Assembly (NCBI GenBank): GCA_034408725.1 | Contig: JAWXCN010000040.1 | Span: 1 to 22,826, forward strand | Source of the DNA: Candidatus Hydrogenedentota bacterium | Lineage (GTDB): Bacteria; Hydrogenedentota; Hydrogenedentia; Hydrogenedentales; SLHB01 | Reading direction: 5' to 3' | Length of the DNA: 22,826 bases | Shown here: in pieces, positions 1 to 8,008 of the stretch | Layout of the letters: each line of letters starts with the position of its first letter | Position numbering within the stretch: position 1 is the first letter of the stretch | Program-made: the position numbers and the translations under genes | The notes under the pieces: generated by a model | Database searches by the model: none | What the model was told of the DNA's origin: nothing | The model's input: the letters and a program-made list of their open reading frames with translations, nothing else

Positions 1-2562
1 ATCGAGTTCCTGCGCCTCGAGCGGCGCCCAGCCTTGCGTCGCATCGTATCCGTACAACGCGAGCTGGTTGAGGTTCTGCGCGGCACACACTTCCTCCGGC
101 ACATACACGTTCAGTTCCACCAGACTGTTCTGATCGACGGGCTGCTGGTCGATCCGCGCGTACACCGTGAACGTCGCCAGTCCCTTTGGCACTTCGGCGG
201 GAGCGGTCGTGTCGACCGATGTCGAAATCGTCACGGGCGACTGCGATCGAATGGTAAATTCCGCCTGCATGCCACGCGGCGATACATGGATAACGGACCC
301 ACGCGCGCGCTCCGCATACCGGCGCACGTCGGCGGGCACGAAGCGCGTCTGCTTCAACCTGCGATCCGCGATAAGCGCGAGCTGATCGGCATAGTGCGGG
401 GAGGCGGGGTCCTCGGACGCGCCGAACGGGGTCATACTCATGGCTTGTGTTTGCGCGCCAAACGAAACCGCCATCGCAAATCCGTATCCATAGGTCACCT
501 GCCACGCGCCATCCAAAAATAAATGGTCCGACGCGACAAACATGGGTTGGCCCGTCACGCCGCCGGGCGCGGGAGTTTTGTGATCGCCCCGCACAAACAC
601 ATGCGCGTCGCCCCACGTCTTGTTCAAGGACTGAAATTCGCTTCTCATCAGACGCGCGGCCTGTTCGGCCGCCTGCACCGAGAGCAATTGCACTGCATCC
701 GTGTTTTCGCCGAGCGCAGTCCAAATCGCAAATTCATTCATGCCCTTCGGCGCGAGCGAGCACAGCGCGTTCCACCACACGTGGAACGCCGTCATCCCTT
801 CGCTGTCAAGTTCAGCGACATAGTTCCAGTTACGGAGAATGTCCAGATAAGGCGCAAGGTCGGGGTGCGCATCCGTGAGCTGGTTCATCCTCTGATCGGC
901 CGCTTCGATAACGTTCGGCATGGCATACATCGCGCCCGGCACGAGCACGTCGTAAAGCATTGCCTGCGCATCCTGAAACGATCGCTTGTCCGTCGCCAGC
1001 AGACGCCGCGCGCGCTTTGCGCGAAACGTGTCCGGGTCCAAAGCGAACCACGGGGGGTAGAGGTCGCTGCTTAGTTCGGCGCCTTCCGTCGCGAGCCACG
1101 GCGGATTCCCACACGCCTGTATATATCCAGAAGCGGGGTTCAGAACCACCGGCAACTGCGCGGTGGGCACGGTCTCGCCCCATGCAAACCGCGGATCGCC
1201 ACCGGGCACGGGCGCGTTCCACGATACAATGTTCAGCGCGGAATTCGATCCTTCCGCGCGGTTGGCGCGAATCTGGTCCTGCGGCGAGGGGGGCGTGAAT
1301 TTTGTCCCGCCATTGCTGTTGTACACGTAGAAAAGGTTGCCTTCACGGTCTGCATAGACGACATGAAAAGACGGCAATTGCCGCAGTCCGAGGGCTTCCT
1401 GAAATTCAGACAGGTTTGTTGCGCTGCCCATGAAATGCAATTGGCGCACGGCCCCGAAATCGCGGTAGCCGCCCACCATCCAACTGCACAGCTTGTTGTT
1501 ATAGCGTCCCACGATCGGTCCGCGCGGTGTGTCCAGATGCGGTACCTGGCGTTCCACTATTCCCGCGGGCGTGCGCACGTAATAGGTTTTGGAATTCGCG
1601 ACCATGTGCAGATATTTCAGGGTGTCGAGATCGATGGTTCCGCCGGTGCTGCCCGTGGGATCGGCGGGATTCGATTTCTTTACGCTCTGATCCTGTTCCG
1701 TGAATACGTCCGCGAAATCAGTCATGTTCGGCGTTAATGCCCAGCTCAGCGCGCCGTTGTGGCCCTGGATAATCACCGGCAATCCAAACAACGTCGCGCC
1801 GTAGACATTAAACGTGCCGCAAGTCAGGTTTGCTTCATACCACTGAAACGGTCCGCGATATTCCGTGTGCGGGTTCATCACGAGGATTGTTTCACCCGTC
1901 GTCGAGCGTTGTGGTCCAATTGCCCACGCATTGCCCGTGTTCGCCGCAGGGGTTCGCGAGTACGTTCCCGGCAAGTCGAACGGAGCGAAGCTCATCAGGT
2001 AACAATGCATCAACGCCAGGATGTCTTCCGGCCGCACGCCGTCCGCCCATTCCGGGGCTTCGCCCGGATGCTCGACCAGCCACGCATTTACCCCAAGCGC
2101 GAATCCCCCGCACAAATCCCGCGTTATCGCGTCTGCGTAGGGGAACGCGGCGAGCGCGAGATCCGCGTGGCCGACCTTCAGCGAAAATTCATCGGACGCC
2201 GCGTACTCTTCGCCGTACACCTCCGCCGCGCGGCCATTCGCAACGCGATACGCGCGCAACATGGATTCGATGTGGTCTTCGGCCTGCGCATAGCCAAACG
2301 CGAAACTCATCGCGAGAAAATTGTCCGCTTGAATGTGGGGCACGCCCCATTCGTCACGGTAGATAGTTGCCTGCTCCCAAAGCACAAGGGGATCGGTGGG
2401 TGATTGCGCGAACACGGGTATGGCGAGAGCAAGCGCAAGCGTTCCAACTCGAAATCGATTTTTTGCGCCCCCTTGAAAAGGGGCAGGGGGGAGATGTACT
2501 AAGGCATTCCACAGTTTTGCACAAAAGCCCGGCAAATCATTTCTTTGATCAAGTGATGTCAT
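1..2562 (-). CDS. Penicillin/cephalosporin acylase family (Ntn-hydrolase, peptidase S45) protein with C-terminal extension; 3' end lies outside the window; catalytic residues substituted
   Basis: Manual translation of a minus-strand frame missing from the ORF track: signal-like TLALALAIPVFAQ, then IYRDEWGVPHI, TGNAWAIGPQRSTTGETILVMNPH, GLPVIIQGHNGALSWALTPN, NPASGYIQACGNPPW, SEDPASPHYADQ. Start uncertain (ATG 2562; TTG 2535 or 2601 possible). Confidence 0.9.
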   Translation of the reverse strand, partial: MTSLDQRNDLPGFCAKLWNALVHLPPAPFQGGAKNRFRVGTLALALAIPVFAQSPTDPLVLWEQATIYRDEWGVPHIQADNFLAMSFAFGYAQAEDHIESMLRAYRVANGRAAEVYGEEYAASDEFSLKVGHADLALAAFPYADAITRDLCGGFALGVNAWLVEHPGEAPEWADGVRPEDILALMHCYLMSFAPFDLPGTYSRTPAANTGNAWAIGPQRSTTGETILVMNPHTEYRGPFQWYEANLTCGTFNVYGATLFGLPVIIQGHNGALSWALTPNMTDFADVFTEQDQSVKKSNPADPTGSTGGTIDLDTLKYLHMVANSKTYYVRTPAGIVERQVPHLDTPRGPIVGRYNNKLCSWMVGGYRDFGAVRQLHFMGSATNLSEFQEALGLRQLPSFHVVYADREGNLFYVYNSNGGTKFTPPSPQDQIRANRAEGSNSALNIVSWNAPVPGGDPRFAWGETVPTAQLPVVLNPASGYIQACGNPPWLATEGAELSSDLYPPWFALDPDTFRAKRARRLLATDKRSFQDAQAMLYDVLVPGAMYAMPNVIEAADQRMNQLTDAHPDLAPYLDILRNWNYVAELDSEGMTAFHVWWNALCSLAPKGMNEFAIWTALGENTDAVQLLSVQAAEQAARLMRSEFQSLNKTWGDAHVFVRGDHKTPAPGGVTGQPMFVASDHLFLDGAWQVTYGYGFAMAVSFGAQTQAMSMTPFGASEDPASPHYADQLALIADRRLKQTRFVPADVRRYAERARGSVIHVSPRGMQAEFTIRSQSPVTISTSVDTTAPAEVPKGLATFTVYARIDQQPVDQNSLVELNVYVPEEVCAAQNLNQLALYGYDATQGWAPLEAQELD
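2467..2492. repeat. C-tract/G-tract mini-palindrome (CCCCTT-GAA-AAGGGG plus CAGGGGGG)
   Basis: Short hairpin-forming sequence inside the presumed N-terminal leader of the acylase gene, read there as LPPAPFQGG. Confidence 0.3.
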
Positions 2563-2607
2563 TACAACAGGGATCGTCCACTCCAGACAACGCTTTGTCA
2601 ACCCGTA

Positions 2608-3747
2608 TTACGGATGGACCGGGTTCTCGTACCACAAAACCGCATTAATCTCCCGTTCCTCACATGTCACCGCATCCAGATCGCCGTCGGCGTCCAGATC
2701 GACCAGTTCCACCAAGTCATATTTGATTCCCGGCGCGCCCGCGATATCGTGCGCAGTCCACGTCGCGTTCGCGCCGTGCGACAGCCAAAACACGCCCGAA
2801 CTGGTTTCCGCGTGCTCACAAGTCACCACCAAATCGGCTTTGCCGTCGCCATCAACATCGCCAGTCCGAACCACCTTCGCGGTGCCAAATGAGTCTGAAT
2901 ACGTCACGGTCTCCGTGCGCCATTTGCTGCCTGTTGCGTTATCGCGAAAGAAGACCGCGATCTCCCGCGGTTTCACCGCCGCCACAACGTCGCGGTCGCC
3001 GTCGCCATCCAAATCGCCGGACGACAAAAACATCACCTCGCGTCCCTGCGCGCCGATTGCGTGCTCGTTCCAATTGCCGCCGCCGCCCGGATTCTCCAGC
3101 CAAAACACGCCCGATGCCGCCTCGCGCCGGTCTGAGCAGAGGATGTCCGAGTCGCCATCAGCGTCCATGTCTTCCGTCACGAGCGACATCACCCAGCCCG
3201 CCTTGCGCAGCGTGCGCCATGTCCATGTGTTGGCCTTTCCCGGTGTCACATTCAACAATCCGATCTGGCCGTTGGGATTCTTGGAACCAATTGCAAGGGA
3301 AATAGATTCGCTGCCAGCAGCCGGCAGCGGCGCGCAGAACATCCACGCCGATTGTTTTTGCAACACGGGAACAGGTTCGGCGCGCCATGCCCTGCCGCTG
3401 GATGCGGGATTCCAATGCACATACACCGTGCGGTCTTCGCCTTCGGTGCAGGAGACCACGTCGAGCGCGCCATCGTGATTGAGGTCAACCATCACCGCAT
3501 CTTCCGGCTTTGGCACAGTGCCTACCGAAAACGACGGCCACGGTTCGCGAACGGATTTCGCGCCAGGGTGCGTGCAGACACGGATGTCGCCGCCCTCTTC
3601 CCAACCGGTCACAATGTCGAGCCGTCCGTCGTCGTTGATGTCAGCCATGCGCACGCCGTCCGCACCTTTGGACGATTGATCGATGACGTGCATCGGCCAC
3701 GGAGCGTTGGAAAACGAAAGCGTTGCGATGACAAAAAAGGCGCCCAC
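2608..3747 (-). CDS. FG-GAP/VCBS repeat (beta-propeller) exported protein
   Basis: Repeated Ca-binding-type motifs DINDDGRLDIV, DLNHDGALDVV, DMDADGDSDIL, DLDGDGDRDVV, DVDGDGKADLV, DLDADGDLDAV; WLENP/WYENP blade ends; short hydrophobic N-terminus. Confidence 0.88.
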   Translation of the reverse strand: MGAFFVIATLSFSNAPWPMHVIDQSSKGADGVRMADINDDGRLDIVTGWEEGGDIRVCTHPGAKSVREPWPSFSVGTVPKPEDAVMVDLNHDGALDVVSCTEGEDRTVYVHWNPASSGRAWRAEPVPVLQKQSAWMFCAPLPAAGSESISLAIGSKNPNGQIGLLNVTPGKANTWTWRTLRKAGWVMSLVTEDMDADGDSDILCSDRREAASGVFWLENPGGGGNWNEHAIGAQGREVMFLSSGDLDGDGDRDVVAAVKPREIAVFFRDNATGSKWRTETVTYSDSFGTAKVVRTGDVDGDGKADLVVTCEHAETSSGVFWLSHGANATWTAHDIAGAPGIKYDLVELVDLDADGDLDAVTCEEREINAVLWYENPVHP

Positions 3748-3752
3748 TTTTC

Positions 3753-3784
3753 AATCCAGAATCCGAAATCTAAAATCCAAAATC
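3753..3784. repeat. Tandem heptamer repeat (AATCYRR x4.5)
   Basis: aatccag aatccga aatctaa aatccaa aatc, between the hemF stop and the FG-GAP start. Confidence 0.8.
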
Positions 3785-4673
3785 ACGAAAGGTTGATCCA
3801 ATCCCGCGGCTGCAAAAACACCGTCGTCAATTCATCCTCTGGTGTGCCGGGATCAGGTTTCCAGTCGTATCTCCAGTGCGCGACAGCAGGTAGCGACATG
3901 AGAATCGATTCCGTGCGCCCACCGGATTGCAAGCCAAACAAGGTGCCGCGATCGTAGACGAGATTAAACTCGACATACCGCGACCGGCGGAATAGTTGGA
4001 ATTCGCGTTGTCCGGGCGTGAACGGTTTGGCGCGGTTGGCTGCGATCAATGGACCATACATGCCGATAAACGAATCGCCAAGCGCGGTTGTGAAGGCAAG
4101 ATGATTGGTTTTGTTCGCGCGAAGGTGGTCGAAAAAAATCCCGCCGATTCCCCGCATTTCGCCGCGGTGCTTTATGTAGAAGTAATCGTCGCATTCGCGT
4201 TTATGTTGGGCGTAGTCTTCGCCGCAATCGTCGCACAATTTCTTCAGCGCGCGGTGAAACGCAACCGCCTCATCGCGCACGGGCACATAAGGCGTGAGAT
4301 CGATGCCGCCACCAAACCACCATATCTCTCCCGCCTCGAAATACCGGATGTTCATGTGGATTGTGGGCAGGTGGGGGTTATGCGGATGAATGACGAGGCT
4401 GACGCCGGTCGCGAAGAACGGTGTGCCCGGATCGATCTTGAACGAGGTCGCCGCGGCTGGCGGCAGTGAACTGCCGTGAATCGCCGAAAAATTTACGCCG
4501 CCCTTCTCGATGAAGTTCGCGTTTTCCCAGACGCGCGTGACACCGCCGCCATCGCCCTTGTCGTAGTCCCAGCGGTCTTCACGGCATGCCACGCCATCCT
4601 GCGCCGACAGGAAGCCGCTGATGCGGTCCTGCACGCCGCGATAGGCGGATTCGATGCCGCTCGCTCCCGGCAT
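3783..4673 (-). CDS. hemF: Oxygen-dependent coproporphyrinogen III oxidase
   Basis: Motifs EKGGVNFS, TGVSLVIHPHNPHLPTIHMNIRYF, WFGGGIDLTPY, CDDYFYIKHRGEMRGIGGIFFD, RRSRYVEFNLVYDRGTLFGLQSGGRTESILMSLP. ATG 4673 overlaps the upstream stop (TAATG), so it is preferred over 4706. Confidence 0.96.
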   Translation of the reverse strand: MPGASGIESAYRGVQDRISGFLSAQDGVACREDRWDYDKGDGGGVTRVWENANFIEKGGVNFSAIHGSSLPPAAATSFKIDPGTPFFATGVSLVIHPHNPHLPTIHMNIRYFEAGEIWWFGGGIDLTPYVPVRDEAVAFHRALKKLCDDCGEDYAQHKRECDDYFYIKHRGEMRGIGGIFFDHLRANKTNHLAFTTALGDSFIGMYGPLIAANRAKPFTPGQREFQLFRRSRYVEFNLVYDRGTLFGLQSGGRTESILMSLPAVAHWRYDWKPDPGTPEDELTTVFLQPRDWINLS

Positions 4674-6292
4674 TATGTCGCCGGCATCGATTCGTCCTGT
4701 GTCCATACGGTGAGATTTTTCAGATCGCGTTTTCTGGCGGGCAATAGCATGCCGAAGATGTATCCGAGCACGAACATGACAATATTGCCCACCACCGTTA
4801 CGTAATAGGTATCAAAATTTGCCTTCAGGAATGCGTGCAGCCCTGGCGCGATATTCGCAAACAATCCAAGTTCATACAGTGAAAATGCGCTGGAAAACAG
4901 GACCGTAAACAGAATGCCGACCAGTACGGCCCGGCCGTCGCCCCGTACGGTCAGGAAGCCGAGCATGAACAGCCCCAAAAGGCCGCCCGCGCTGATCGAG
5001 TTCAGTTTTGTCGCGGTATCCTGAAGCGTAGTGGTGTCCGCACTCGACAACCAGTACGCGCCGCCGATCATGATTACCGAACTCGCGAGCGACAGCCATT
5101 TGGCAACTTTCACGTAGTGGGTATCGCTTGCGCCTTTTTTTAGGTGCCGCTTATAGATGTCCACCACGCTGACCGCTGACATCGAGTTGATGCTCGATGA
5201 TAACGACGACATCGCCGCGGCCAGCACGCCGGCAATCACGATTCCCGAAAGTCCCTGATACAAATGGGTGCTGACAAAGTACGGCAGAATGTCTTCCGCC
5301 TTGCGTTCTCCCGTTAACATCTTTGCAGCTTCGGGATCGGGGTTGACCTGGTAAAACACATAGAGGGCAGTACCAAGAAACATAAAGTAGGCCCAGGTCG
5401 GAAGGCTGCAAAAGCAGTTGATCCACATCGCGCGCCGAGCGTCCGCGATCGTTTTCGCCGCGCAGTATTTCTGCACCACGTTCTGGTTGCTGCTGTATTC
5501 CGTCATCCAGTTCAGGAACCCGACAAGAATCAGCATGATCACGGTTTTTGTAGACAAAATATCCTGGAAGGATTGCGGAATCAGTGGCGCGGGCACGGGT
5601 CTTGACGTGCCGGGCAACGGATCGCCCAATACAAACTTGTTATCCCGGATCGCCACTTCCCAGATCGTGGTAAGTCCGCCCGGCAAGTTGTAGAGCACCG
5701 CAATGAGCACCAGCAATCCGCCGAAGGTCAGCACAATCGCTTGGATGAAATCAGTCCAGATGACGGCTTCGATTCCGCCCAGAACCGTGTAGAACGACGT
5801 AATTACGCCGCCAACCAAAATGCAGGTTGTAGTGTCCCATCCGGTAAGCGCGTTGACCAGCTTGGATACCAAAAACAGTATAAGGCTCAGCCGGATTGAC
5901 TGGCTCACGAGAAACATGAGCGCGGCGTACATGCGGGTGCCGGGGCCGAACCGGCTTTCGAGATACTCGAATGCGGACGTCATGTTTGTCCGGCGGAAGA
6001 AGGGGAGAATCCAGATCGACGCAATGAGAATCGCCACCGGCAGCGTGACGCAAATCAGAAACCGCAGCCACGCCGTCTTGTATCCGTCCGCGGGGTAGCC
6101 CACAAACGTGATCGAACTGATCGACGTTCCGAACATCGAAACACCGAGCAACCAGCCGGGATAATTCCGGTTCCCGACGAAATAGCTTTCCGTGCTCTTG
6201 GCGCGCCGCGCGAAATACGGCCCCATCGCCACCTGCGAGGCAAAATATACGACAAGCACAACAACGTCTAACCAGCGGACTTCACCCAGCAT
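4673..6292 (-). CDS. Sodium:solute symporter (SSS/SLC5) family transporter, SiaT-like sugar/sugar-acid subgroup
   Basis: Multi-pass hydrophobic pattern; YFVGNR, SAFEYLESRFG, YTVLGGIEAVIWTDFIQ, NQNVVQKY, LAAAMSSLSSSINS; SD-like GGGAG upstream. Confidence 0.92.
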   Translation of the reverse strand: MLGEVRWLDVVVLVVYFASQVAMGPYFARRAKSTESYFVGNRNYPGWLLGVSMFGTSISSITFVGYPADGYKTAWLRFLICVTLPVAILIASIWILPFFRRTNMTSAFEYLESRFGPGTRMYAALMFLVSQSIRLSLILFLVSKLVNALTGWDTTTCILVGGVITSFYTVLGGIEAVIWTDFIQAIVLTFGGLLVLIAVLYNLPGGLTTIWEVAIRDNKFVLGDPLPGTSRPVPAPLIPQSFQDILSTKTVIMLILVGFLNWMTEYSSNQNVVQKYCAAKTIADARRAMWINCFCSLPTWAYFMFLGTALYVFYQVNPDPEAAKMLTGERKAEDILPYFVSTHLYQGLSGIVIAGVLAAAMSSLSSSINSMSAVSVVDIYKRHLKKGASDTHYVKVAKWLSLASSVIMIGGAYWLSSADTTTLQDTATKLNSISAGGLLGLFMLGFLTVRGDGRAVLVGILFTVLFSSAFSLYELGLFANIAPGLHAFLKANFDTYYVTVVGNIVMFVLGYIFGMLLPARKRDLKNLTVWTQDESMPAT

Positions 6293-6328
6293 TAGGCAGG
6301 ACTCCCTTCCCCTGACCCCAAGGGGAGC

Positions 6329-6357
6329 ACTCTAACAATCGAGGGGGGGCAGGTCAA
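6329..6357 (-). promoter_or_regulatory. Sigma-70-type promoter for the SSS-hemF-FG-GAP block
   Basis: TTGACC (6357-6352), 17 nt spacer, TAGAGT (6334-6329), with an extended-10 TG. Confidence 0.6.
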
Positions 6358-6414
6358 CCGGCCATTGCCCGCCGACTGAAAGGTCTTCAAACTTTCTTGT
6401 GGCCGGTGTTTGTT

Positions 6415-6460
6415 GTGGCCGGTCTCCCGACCGCGCCACTTCGCCGATCGGAAGGTCTCC
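6415..6460. repeat. REP-like palindromic element
   Basis: GTGGC-CGGTC-TCCC-GACCG-C-GCCAC imperfect palindrome followed by TTCGCCGATCGGAAGGTCTCC; a degenerate similar copy near 6348-6388 ends in GCCGACTGAAAGGTCTTC. Confidence 0.5.
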
Positions 6461-6461
6461 C

Positions 6462-7814
6462 CTACACCCGTTCCACCCGACTCAAGGCCCCACCCACCAT
6501 ACACGCGAGAAAAGCCGACGAAGACGACAATAAAACCGTGTACGTCCACGGCACCGGGAGCTCGAATGCAAATTCACAAATGGCCGTGACGGTGAACCCC
6601 GTGATGAGCGCGAGCGCCACGCCCGTTCCGCTCAACCAGCGGCGAAAGAATGTGAATACCGTGATAATGCCAATCAGGCCGCCGTTGACGTAATTCATCG
6701 AGCCCATGCACAGCGCGAGCAGATCGGGCTGTTTTTTTTCCAGCAGGATGAACCCCGTCGCGAACCCGATCATGATGACCAATGAAAATGCCGACCAATA
6801 CCGCCCTATCAACTGCGAGTTCATCAGCGATTTCCAAATTGCCCCGGTCGAGTGAATGGTGGAGTCGAGTGAAGACATGGCGGCCGCCGCCAACAACACC
6901 AGCAACACCCCTTTCAAGAGCGGCACGTCCGCCCGGCCAACGAAATCCACCAAGGGCTGTTTTGCATCGAGCCCATCGATGCCCGCGTATCGCAGCAGAT
7001 AACCGACCGTGAGGTAGATGGTGATGAGCATCGCCGCGCAAAAGCCGGAGAGAATCAATGATCGGCGCGCATCGGTAAAGCTTTTTGTGGAAAGTACGCG
7101 CAACAGCATGTCCTGATCGGCGCCGTGCGACCCAATCGATAACACGGCCCCGCCCAGAAACAAGACGGGGAAAAAAGTGGCGTGCGAAGGGTCCCAATCA
7201 ACAAGCGCGGGTGTCTCGAATGCACCGGCTGGCACGCGAATAAACAGATAGACGCAAAGAAAAATGCCGGTAAACACCAACAGCACGCTCTGAATTTGAT
7301 CCATCGCAACTACCGCGCGCAATCCGCCCGTCAGGCTGTACCCGGCAACCGCGATTCCCACAATCACAATCCACATCGCTGTTGGCCCGCCCAGCAACAG
7401 GTGCAACGCAAACGCGCCGATAAAAAATCGGACGCCGCCGGAAATGTATTTTGCGAGCAGGTACGCGCCTTCCAGCATACGATGATTAGAACTGATCGTC
7501 TGATAGATCGTAAGGCGCGATGACTCGTACAACGCGCGCAGATAAAACACCGCAACGATACTTCGCCCCGCGATGTAGCCGAGCAACAACCACACCAGCA
7601 CGTATCCGCCCACATACCCCGCCGCCGGAAACACCACCGTCGTCGCAACTGATGTTTCCGATGACAACACCGACAACAAGGCCTGCACCGTGCCCAGCCG
7701 TTTGGATGCAAAAAAATAATCCTCATCGCCGGTATTAGTGCGAGTTGTCAGCGTAATAAAAACGACCGCGCCAAGGTATAAGAGAAACGGCGTTAGAAAT
7801 ATTACGTGGGCCAT
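6462..7814 (-). CDS. Second, more divergent sodium:solute symporter family transporter
   Basis: DYFFASKR, SETSVAT, YSLTGGLRAVVAMDQIQ, GADQDMLLRVL, AAAAMSSLDSTIHS. ATG 7814 (MAHVIFLTPF) chosen because the ORF-track extension runs through the promoter and a repeat. Confidence 0.88.
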   Translation of the reverse strand: MAHVIFLTPFLLYLGAVVFITLTTRTNTGDEDYFFASKRLGTVQALLSVLSSETSVATTVVFPAAGYVGGYVLVWLLLGYIAGRSIVAVFYLRALYESSRLTIYQTISSNHRMLEGAYLLAKYISGGVRFFIGAFALHLLLGGPTAMWIVIVGIAVAGYSLTGGLRAVVAMDQIQSVLLVFTGIFLCVYLFIRVPAGAFETPALVDWDPSHATFFPVLFLGGAVLSIGSHGADQDMLLRVLSTKSFTDARRSLILSGFCAAMLITIYLTVGYLLRYAGIDGLDAKQPLVDFVGRADVPLLKGVLLVLLAAAAMSSLDSTIHSTGAIWKSLMNSQLIGRYWSAFSLVIMIGFATGFILLEKKQPDLLALCMGSMNYVNGGLIGIITVFTFFRRWLSGTGVALALITGFTVTAICEFAFELPVPWTYTVLLSSSSAFLACMVGGALSRVERV

Positions 7815-7845
7815 GCCGGGCTGGACTACCTTTCTTGTTGCGCAG

Positions 7846-7874
7846 AGCATAGAAGCCCGGCAACTGCAAGTCCA
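7846..7874 (-). promoter_or_regulatory. Putative sigma-70 promoter for the second SSS gene
   Basis: TGGACT, 17 nt spacer, TATGCT, about 30 nt upstream of ATG 7814. Confidence 0.4.
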
Positions 7875-7898
7875 CTTCCAATAAAAAAGTCGCGACTT

Positions 7899-7972
7899 CG
7901 GAGGGCGGGTTTTCCAACCCGCCATTTTTTAAGTTGGACAAATCAATCGCGGGTTGGAAAACCCGCGCTCCG
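7899..7972. repeat. REP-like inverted doublet (24 bp arms, 1 mismatch, 26 nt spacer)
   Basis: CGGAGGGCGGGTTTTCCAACCCGC (7899-7922) versus GCGGGTTGGAAAACCCGCGCTCCG (7949-7972); each arm is itself palindromic (GCGGGTT..AACCCGC). Confidence 0.85.
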
Positions 7973-7981
7973 TTGTATAGT
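7954..7981 (+). promoter_or_regulatory. Putative sigma-70 promoter for the oxidoreductase
   Basis: TTGGAA (inside the right repeat arm), 16 nt spacer, TATAGT. Confidence 0.4.
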
Positions 7982-8008
7982 CTCCGTTCACGCGAAGGGG
8001 AAATCATC

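Noticed and set aside
34-2403. Long plus-strand ORFs (34-522, 523-1074, 1363-1737, 1759-2403)
   Set aside because: Antisense shadows of the minus-strand acylase gene; Arg/His-rich with no recognisable motifs.
7815-8008. ORF-track N-terminal extensions of the SSS2 and Gfo/Idh/MocA genes (both contain AGWKTR)
   Set aside because: The shared peptide comes from the two arms of the inverted repeat; better starts are 7814 and 8009.
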